This document shows, piece after piece, positions 40,310 through 50,900 of a stretch of DNA of 64,000 nucleotides (position 1 is the first letter of the stretch; each line of letters opens with the position of its first letter). The stretch comes from Lingula anatina (lineage: Eukaryota; Animalia; Brachiopoda): assembly GCA_051362555.1 (NCBI GenBank), contig CM120641.1:12710001-12774000 (forward strand). The letters run 5' to 3'. The notes beneath the pieces are model-generated. The model did not search any database. It was not told the origin of the DNA and saw nothing but the letters and a program-made list of their open reading frames with translations. The position numbers and the translations under genes were made by a program.

Positions 40310-43300
40310 CATGGTTTGGATCACATTAAAGGGTTGTCAACCAATTATGTTTCAACAAAGATGTGCACGGTGTTCTTTGAGAAGGTGCAATGCGGGTAGG
40401 GGGTGTAAAGTGGTATAATATTGTTATTTAATACTTAACAGCTAGTTATTATTTTGCCTTGTCATCAGTTATAAGTATGAACTGCACCACTGCTAATAAA
40501 GAAGATCATCTGGTTGGATCTCTTTTCTTAAATCACATTTGTTTCATTCCAGGTTTCCCCACACCTGATGTACACTGGGAAATGAGTGGTAAAATAATCC
40601 AGCCATCAAGAGATCATGAGATGCAGTTTGACGGAGAAACTGCCATCTTGAAGATTAATGAAGCCTTCCCAGAGGACACGGGTGAATATGTCTGCATTGC
40701 GTCAAACGAGGAGGGCAAGGATCAGACCAAAGCTGTTATAACTGTTAATGGTATGTATGATGTTCCAGGGAATGTTGCTGGTTCAGGCTCATTATTCAAA
40801 GGAAAATGCATGTTCTTTCATTCTTTTCCCTCCTCAAACCATCTCTTTTCCCTATAATATTCAATTTCCTACAGAAAGCCAGACTTTCAGACTTTTGTGC
40901 CCAAAAAGTATTCAACCATATGGATAAAAAGTTGACAGATTGAAATTGATTTCTGTAGGAAATATCCTGTATTGTTTTAAAGATTAGCTGAAAATCCATG
41001 CTTAGATGAATACATAATATGCTAGAGTTATTTAAGAAGGGTTTGTTTGCTTTATTTTTCCATTAATAGGGATGTAAATAAATTGATATGCATGGATATT
41101 TGTGTTGGAAAAATGCATCATAATTTTTATCTAAAATATTTTTCCACTTGTTTTGTGGTTTAAGGTAGAATATCTAGCAAAAATATATTGGGCATATGTC
41201 GCATGCTGCTTTATATGTTATATTGTTTATTGTGTATCATCCAATCATGACAATTACAGAGGATGAATCAACAACTCCCGTTGTTTCTCCACGATCAGCA
41301 GAAGCACCAGTGGATGTGCTAGAGCCCCCTACAGGCCAAAATCTTATGGCCCCCATCTTTCTGAAACACTTAGAAGATGCAACAGCAAATGATGGTGATA
41401 GAGTGGAATTAGTTGTAAGAGTGACAGGTGGGTCATGTCAATCAACACCAAGTAGAACCACCTACAATTTTGGAAGCCCCACCCTTTACAACGATGACTT
41501 CCAATTAGTTGTTGACAATGACAGTACCAATTAGACATTTTGGCATTTCAAAACAAATTCCCCTTGAGCATTTGACCATGTAGAATTTAGTCATTGGAAG
41601 CCCCTGTTCACAAAATCACCTCATGATGTTAAGAATGACCCCCTTTTATATATTCACAAATTTGCCATACTATGTTAAGAATGCCCCCATCCCCATATAT
41701 TTTGATGATGTAGGCCCTATCCAAACTTTTTGAATTTCAATTTCACATCACAGGATATCCTACCTTGTTGTACACCCAAGGAATTTGGTTTGAGCCCTGA
41801 TTGATAAGATTCAGATTGATGTTTTTACCTCATAGACCTTGGAAAAATATTTGAATTGTTCCCAACATGATGTTTACATGTTATGACACCATAGGTATAA
41901 AGGAGAACTTCCCTCCTCCATCCCTCTCCCTGCCTCCAATCAATCATCCATGGGATTCATTCCTGTGCTTGTAAGAAATGGGTTTTTTGCATGAGTTTTT
42001 GGTATTTATCACATTGGGGTTGAAGTTCTTAAGGTGAAAGATTTAGGCTGTATTGAAGCAGTTGTAAATGTAATGTTTTGGCATTTTGTGGATGCTGGAT
42101 TGGAAATACTTGTTTTGAATTTTTAAAAGTTTTTTCTATAAATTGGGAATGAAAGCAACCAGTTTTTCTGAATGAGTTTATTTTAAAGAAACACACTGCA
42201 CCTTGTTGTTCTTTGTAAAACAATAATTTTAAAAGAAATCGTCAAGACTTTGTTCCTAAGGGCTCCAGAGAGTTGTCATAAAAATTAATTTAAAATTGTG
42301 AAAACTAATGCAGTAAATTGTCAAAATACATAGAAAACAGTGGTTGCTGGACTTACCCAGAATGCATTGCCATGCTCCCTGCATGGTTTGACATTTGAGC
42401 ATGTAGTGCATGTCCAATTTTGCAGGCACTGAACCCATAGACATAGTGTGGGTCCATAATGGCAAAGAGATCTCCCCCGAAGATAAAGATTTTAAGGTTC
42501 TATCAGAAGGGGATGAGCACAAATTGGTGATTTCTGACATATTCCCAGATGATGGAGGGGAGTATGTCTGTGAGGCTTACAATGCTGCAGGGGATGCTAA
42601 TTCTGCATGTAATCTCACAGTCACAGGTAAATTGTTTGACATTTTTGTGAGAACAAGTAATGACTAAGAAAATTGTTCAACCTTATGATTTCTGTGTGAT
42701 ACTGACATGTAAAAATATTGCAAATGTGTTGATGACAATTGGTTTACTGCATGATATGGTGTTCTACATTGCTTAAATGTGCAAATGAGTAGCATTTATT
42801 TTTGTGATTGTTGAAAAATTAATTTGAAATTGTATGATAACAACTTTAACCATGCCAATGTCTAACTTTTACACTATTGATTCTCTTGCTTTAATTCTGT
42901 TGTAGATTAGAAGCATATGTCCTTTCTCTTCTCCATTTATGTTAAAAGCAGCACACTTTCTGTTTTCTTTGTATTTAGGATCTCATAGAAATAGAAAACA
43001 CAAATCTAAGTTGAAGCCTAAGTCAGGTGATGCCAAATCTAAAGTGTTCACTAGCGAGTTTGAATTAGAAGATGACGTTTTTGAAGGTAAAGAAGGTACA
43101 GGATTATTTCTGGCGCAGTTTTGACGGTGGAGGGGTGACACCATACATATATATATACTGCGACATATTCTGTTGCTACTTTGTTCTATCTTGTCTAGTT
43201 CTTATCCTTTACTAACAATTTGATCTCTTCCAGATTTCTCTTAGAATATTTCACAGACCCACAAAAAGAAACAAGCTATGGAATATTATTTGAAGCTGCT

Positions 43301-46300
43301 GAATTCAAAATGGAAGATTGCTTTCATACTTCTTAAAATTGTTTAACAAATCCTGCCAAAAGTTAGTCCATTTTTACAATGTCAAGAAAAAATGTGTTAC
43401 TTGTTGTATTTCAAAAAATTCTGGCAGTTGTGAGTCTGTGACATATTAGATTTACTAACACCATTTATTTATGCTTCCAGCATATCTAACCAAGGTAATG
43501 GCAGACGGACATTGATTTGTTTGTTAACCTGGCTGTTTGTCAGTTTGTTTCAGGCAACCAACATGTAGTTCACATGCTAGCTTTTTTCCTATTTCTAATA
43601 TTTTTCTTCATCTTACATTTATAAGCTAAATTTTTGCTGGCATTTCAAAAATTCTGCTACAATTTCTGTCTGCCTACATGTAGACATTTCCACCAGCTGC
43701 TTACTGCTGTGGGGTCAAAGGGCAAGGTGTTGTTTTAATGGAGCTAATCTGGTGTTTGTGTGATTGTTTCAGAACCTGGAGAACCATTCCCACCAGATTT
43801 CCTGGAGGTTCCCAAATCTCAGTGTGTGGAAGAGGGTACTGGTGCCACTTTCAGGTGCCGAGTCACAGGTGTACCCATACCTAATGTACAGTGGAAAAAA
43901 GATGGAAAGATTATTGAAAGTGGAGGGAGATTTAAGGTACAATATTGCAAAACTGTAAAGTCACCTTTTTTACAAAATTAAGATCCCAGAATTGAGTGTG
44001 GATAGACTTAATTGGAAATGATGGTATTCCTCATTTATTACTGTACATGATGGTTCACTAGATTAAGTGGGGTTTAAACATAATAAATGTTTTGTTTTGT
44101 TTTTTTTAATTTAAACCTCTTCACTAATAAGGCATGGGGGGGAAATTACAGATGGTTCATGTTCAAAATATTTCCATATATGTTTATTTATTGCAACATT
44201 TCTGTTCTCACCATTAAAGTCATTAAAACTTGGTCAGCAGGATATAAATAAATAATCAGTAAAACATAACTGTCTTTTTTCAGGTGTCAAAGAAAGGTGA
44301 TATGCTTATATTTGACATCCCACATACCTTGGCTACTGATGCAGGCAGTTACACAATTGTGTTAGAAAACAGTGAAGGTGACACTAGTTACACAGTTAAC
44401 CTGGAGGTGGAGCCACTGCATGATGTCGAACACACTGACTATAATTCTCTTATCAAGTCACGACCACATCTCAGTACTATTGGAGACCAGTCTAGTACAG
44501 ACTCAGATAAAGATGGGGAATCAGTCCGTGCTGCAAGGAGAGCTGGAAAGAGAGTACCAGAGTTTATTTCCACCCTCCAGGACAAGAGAGTGGCCGAGGG
44601 TGACACAGCAGTTTTAGAGTGTACAGTGTCTGCTTATCCTGAACCTGTCATAACATGGAGTGTTGACAGAAAAGAAATCAAGGTATTTTGGATCAATTTG
44701 TAAATAAAGTTTTTTTAATTAAAGTATTATATATAACTGTATTTTATTAACATTCCATGCTACTTAAACTTGATAAGTTGAATTTTATGTTTAGTAGTTG
44801 CGAAGTAATGTTAAACTATGAAAATGCACACAGGACATTCAAAATATTGATAACAATAAAGAATATATAATGACATAACTAATTGTTTAAGATGATACAA
44901 TCTTGTTATTTCAGGAGTCCAAGTACTTTCAGACCTCTTTTAAAGACAACATTGCCAGGCTGGTGATACTGGAAGCATACCCTGAGGATGAAGGGTTATA
45001 TATGTGCACAGCCAACAACAGTCTAGGAAGTGCCAATTGCAAATGTGAACTCTTTGTTGAAGGTAAGATCTCAGGGTGATAAAAGATCATTCAGTATTAA
45101 ACATATATGCGATGGATATGTTACCAATTGCAATTATACATATTGATTTGTTAAATAGAGCAAGACCTTGTGTATTATTGATCTGAATCTGCATTTGCGG
45201 TTACTAATGTATTGATTTTAGTTGAACTGTTTGAAATGTGTCTTGTGTGTTTTCATGCCATTCTTATTAGAATATTGCATAAATGAAAATATAATGTTTA
45301 AAATTTCAGACAGTGGAAAACTGGACAAGGGTCCCACAGTTGCAAGTGCCCCCAAGATTCTAGAACCACCACTAAATGTATCTGTTAAGAGGGGAAGGAA
45401 GTTCCAGCTGAGGGCCAAAATCTCTTCACTTTTGTCCCCTCAGATTTCTTGGTACAAGGGCAAGGAGGAACTGAAAACAGGTGATGATTTTATTGCTTTG
45501 AACTAAGCTTGCTGAAATGTCTCATTCTACTTATGCTGTAACTGATGAAATTTCAAGCATCAAAAAGTTTTGAATGGATTATGTTAGAAAGTTGTTTTTT
45601 TGTGTGTGTATGTTTGTGTATTGATTGCACAATGTGATAAAATCCCAGTTTAAAAATCTATCCTTATTGAAAGATAGTTACAATAGTAATTTTTAACTTT
45701 CTCATTTTCTCTGTGTGTGCAAAATGATTGAATATAATTATTGAGAGTGCAGTTGGCAGCTTTGGGAAGTATTCAGCTGTTATGCAATGACTTTTGTATC
45801 ACCTCATCAGGAGGAAGAGTACGTATTGATGTTAAAGAGGACAGCACTGCCCTGATAGTGACAGACTCTACCTCAGAAGACAGTGGGAAGTACCGCCTCG
45901 TTGTGGCAAACAAAGATGGTGAAGCACAAGCCACAGCATCAGTCACTGTTGAAGGTATGTGGCCTGAAAGTATCTCCATTTTTAAAAAATTACCAAAAGC
46001 TGCAGATGTTGTATAAAACTGATGAAGCATAATTTTTGCTAGATTTAAATTTGTAGAGAATTTTTGCATGGTTTGTATTCAGATTGCCATTATTGTTGTT
46101 TTCCCTTTGAAATCAGCATGAAATCTACTGATTCAACTTTTTTGCATGTTGTGCTCAGAAATTACAAACACGTAGATGCTAGATGAAATCAAAAAGTTGT
46201 AAAAAATTCAATTTGTAGTTCAAAAACAGTTAAGTAAACCACTTTCAAGCTGAATTGAAACCATGCAGCTATTAAAATTTTGAATTTAATACACCAAGAA

Positions 46301-47853
46301 ACATGAAATAGTGACAAGTAGGAAATATCTGTATAAAGAACCAAATACCTGAAAAAGTAAAAAAAAAGAGATAAATCAGAAATTAATAAAAGAAAAAATA
46401 TTTAAGAAAAATAATTATCAGTGTCTGAAATGCAAAGTACAGAAAAATAAAAATTCTTAACAAATTTATGCAGATCTTGAAAATTTCTTCTGTTGGGAAA
46501 AAATTTAAAAAGACATGATGAGAATTTGATTGTTTCCCCAGATGTCCCCGACCCCCCAGGACAGCCAGTAGCTTCTGATATTTTCCGCACAGAGTTAACC
46601 CTCTCCTGGTCAGGTCCTCCCTTTGATGGGGGAAGTATTGTGGCCAATTATAAGATAGAAATGTGCAAAGCTAAGGACAGGCGCTGGAAGGTGCTGACTG
46701 CCAAGTGTGAGGTATAGGACAGTCATATTGTTTTAAACACCATTCTTCAGCAGTAATGCTGCTACATAACTTGAGTTTAGATTAAAACTTCTTTTTTCTA
46801 ACTGAATTAAAATCATTTATAAGAAAAATGGTTGAAGCTAAGATGTTTTAATTTATGCTGGAAATAGTCAAAACTTGACAATAGACACTTTTAAGTTGAA
46901 AGTAACCCACAAAATACAACAGAAAAGACCTAATTAATTTATTTCAATTATCCAACCAATTTGTCCTCCCACAGAGCACATGCTACCGTGTGACTGACCT
47001 AGTGCCCGAGACCGAATACCTATTCCGTGTGTCCGCAGAAAACAAGCATGGACTCAGTGAACCCAGTCAGGCCTCCGACATCATTGTCACCTTTGAGAGG
47101 CGGGCGTCTGTCATGTCAGACTTCTCTTGCTTCTCAGACTTTTCTTGTATATCGGATTTTACTGAATATGAATCTGAAGGTAGGAGTGCTGCAGATCTGT
47201 ACGTACTATAAATATAATTACATAATTATTAGCATTATACTGTATAACAGCTGCTGTATGTGCTTGTTATACAATTTTAGAGTAAATGCTTGTTGCTAAC
47301 AAGTTGCTGCTTTAACCCTAAAATAGTTTAGTTCCTGTAGAAATTCCTACATTTTTTCTACAATTTTATTTTGTATAACAGCATGTATTTGTTCCAGAGA
47401 TCAAGACCTTTTTTTCAAGTCAAGTTCAGGTTCTCCCACCCAATTTAGAACATCACATTACCCCTAAAATTAGTTTTACTAACCTAACAATACAATGTAT
47501 AACAGTATAGTTATGCAATATTTCACACCCTGAACTTCAGGATACTGAGAGTAACTTGCATCCACCCAGCAAACACTCTGTGTTACAGCCATGCTGGTGA
47601 CAGATGTTAATTTTCAGTACACCCTGAAATTCCGGATGTTGTTTTTAAAATTTGCATTCCTGATGCCAATTCCATGCAGTACAGATACTGTGTATAATGC
47701 TTGGGCATTTTGCTTGGTTTTGCTTGCAGGTCTTTTCTCTTCCTTCTCCACCCTAGGCAGATCCATGTCCCTGTCAGGTAAACTGCTAACTGGTGTGCTT
47801 GGCATAAAGATGGGGCCCAGTTAATGTCATGTACAGGGATTTTAGCTGTCTAC

Positions 47854-47904
<51 letters not shown>

Positions 47905-50900
47905 TTGTATTACAAATCCCATTTGAGATAAAAGTGCTAGTTGAATGGTCAGTTCCATATTACTATTACTAAAATTGAAAAATTGGCACTGTTTTGCTAA
48001 TACATATACCTCCTGAGTTATAAATGAAAATCTTTTGAAAACAATACAAAGGATTTTTAGTTTATCAAAAAACACATTCCTGTACTGCTACTGGTTCACA
48101 TTTTAGATGCATGTAGTGTTTTGTATTGCTAATTTATTTAACCAAAAACTTGTGTGGTGTGCATGTGTTAACTTAGTCTGCCCCTTGAGTGTGCATTTAG
48201 TAGCTATATAAATGTGCTATGTACTATGTTTTACCAATATACAATCATTTGTAGATAACACGATAAGTCATGCAAAAATACTGCCTATAAATTATGAGAT
48301 AAACATTGAAAACATGTATATGATTCTAATAAGAAGTGGTGAACATTTTCTTAAAGTTGTTTTTTAATTACGTCACTTTTGATGTGTAGTATTGCACTTT
48401 CTTGCTGTATTTTGTCAACTATTTTGGAAGTTGTAGAGTGATTTAATCTCTTCATGTGTTGAGTGCCTACTTTTACATTAAATTTGAGTAAATGAAAATC
48501 AAATACAAAATGTTGAGTTTTGAAGATTTTGTTGTTGATATTTTAGATGAACTTCCATTTGAACCAAGGGAGGTTGTAATTGATGCCAGTCGGAAGTTCT
48601 CTGACAGCTACGAAACACTTGAGGAGCTTGGAAAGTAAGTTAGCTCAAACAATTTGTACTGCAATTTCCTAAATAGTAACTGAGATATTTTAATAAATGG
48701 ACTGTGTTCCAAAGTAATTTCATGGACTGTTTGCCAATCCACTGGATTTAACATGCAGTAATGATACTCATGTATTCTCCATAAATATCTGAGATTAACA
48801 GGGAAGGGTATTCATAAAAATTTAAGGTGATAGAATCTTATTCATTTGTATTACACATTGATATTTTATAATACATCTAATGCATCATTTCAACAGAGGC
48901 AGATTTGGCAATGTCCACCGTGTGATAGAGAAGAGCAGTGGACGCGAATTTGCTGCTAAATTCATCAAGTGTCGCCCAAGTGAGAAGGAAAACATCAAAC
49001 AGGAGGTGAACATCATGAACAGACTGAAACACAACAAACTTCTCATGCTTTGGGATGCTTATGAAGAAGCCAGGAGAATGATCATGGTTATGGAATAGTA
49101 AGTTCTCCTTTCTGATTTAATTATATGTCATGCAGTTGATTTTCTTGGAACTATAAACTTGAAGATATAAGGACAGCAGTGTAGCTATTTTTCTCATTTA
49201 AGTCATCTTTTTAGATGGTTTTGGCAACATTGTTGTAAGTATTGATTTCATCAGTGTTTGAAATCACCTATATTTTGTTATCCCATACTCATGTCTTGTG
49301 ATTACAACATTTTACTTTGCCACATATTTAATTTTCTCAACATATCATCATTTACAGCATTGGAGGAGGAGAGTTGTTTGAAAGGATCATTGACGATGAC
49401 TTTGAACTCACAGAGAAAGACTGTATCCACTTCATGCGTCAGATTTGTGATGGCGTACGTCACATGCATGAACAAAACATACTCCATCTGGATCTAAAAC
49501 CAGAGAACATCCTATGTATTCACAAACACAGCAACCAGATCAAGATTATTGACTTTGGCCTGGCTAGGCCCTATGATCAGAATGAGTGCTTCAAGGTGCT
49601 GTTTGGGACCCCAGAATTCATTGCACCAGAAGTGATCAGCTATGATCATGTGACACCTGCCACGGACATGTGGAGCGTGGGAGTTATCTGTTACATTTTG
49701 TAAGTACCTCCTGGTGTTTCCTGTCTTTTTAGTTTTGATTTTTAAAAATGTCACAATATATAAAGATCCTGTGAGTGTAGAGTTGTAACTGATCATTCAT
49801 TTAGTTAATGAGTTATTCCACAGTATTTTCCATTCCCCTTTTGCTTTTTATGATATATTAGTAGATGGAAAAGTTTTAAAGGGTGAAGTACAGTGAAACT
49901 GATGTACTCAATTGACAAGGAGAATAATACAAATGTTGGAATTAACAATTGACTATAAATCTTTCTCTCAATATTCCAGGTTATCTGGCTTGTCTCCCTT
50001 CATGGGTGACAATGATGCCGAGACTCTGGCCAGTGTCACCAGGGCAGAGTGGGACTTTGACGATGACTCCTTTGATGAAATTTCCGATAATGCCAAAGAA
50101 TTCATTACAAAACTATTGCTCAAGAGACCAGAGTGAGTGGAAAACTAGTACATTACACCTACATATTTTAGAATCTGTCAACTTTTCTTAGCCATCTTTC
50201 TTATTCACAAGACTCATCAGACTCGTATATGGGTAATGCAGTATTATATTCTGGACATAAAATTTGGTCACTTTTAATTAACAATTCATTTCATCTCTTT
50301 TTTTAATAAGTAACACACATGTATGTTTGGTTTTAGAAAACGAATGTCAGTTCACCAGTGTATTGACCATCCATGGTTAGCTCAGGATTTAAAATCTATG
50401 AGAACCAAGAAATTAAAGAAAGAAAAACTCAAACGCTTCTTGGCCAGAAGAAAGTGGCAGGTAAGAGTCAGTTGTATTTGTGAATATTCCATCTTTAAGT
50501 ACACTAAGAATAGAACAATACATAATGTAGAATGATATGATAAGATTGTTGAATATAGAGTAATATGAAAGACGGTATTCTTTGCTAGTTTCATAAGACT
50601 TTAAGTAGATAATTTTTATCTAAAATATCAAGTACATTGTCTGAGAGTTATTTTAGCATGTGTGAAAGCTTTAATGTTCTGTAGTGCTATACAAAAAGAA
50701 ACTAAGAACAGCTTAGAATTGCAGTAGTAGATCTGTCCTGAAAGTTCGACTTTTGAAGCTGTAAATTTAGAAATAAATCCTTTAAAGCATGTTGATCCCA
50801 TTTTTCTTAATAGACCATCTGCATTGCAAGCACTTTTTCTTTCCTGTTTAAGCATAAATCCCATACTTACAGATAATAATTTCCACAAATTGCCATTGGA

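Noticed and set aside
40203-40418. ORF with an (IY)n run; likewise the (HT)n ORF at 5201
   Set aside because: Translations of microsatellites
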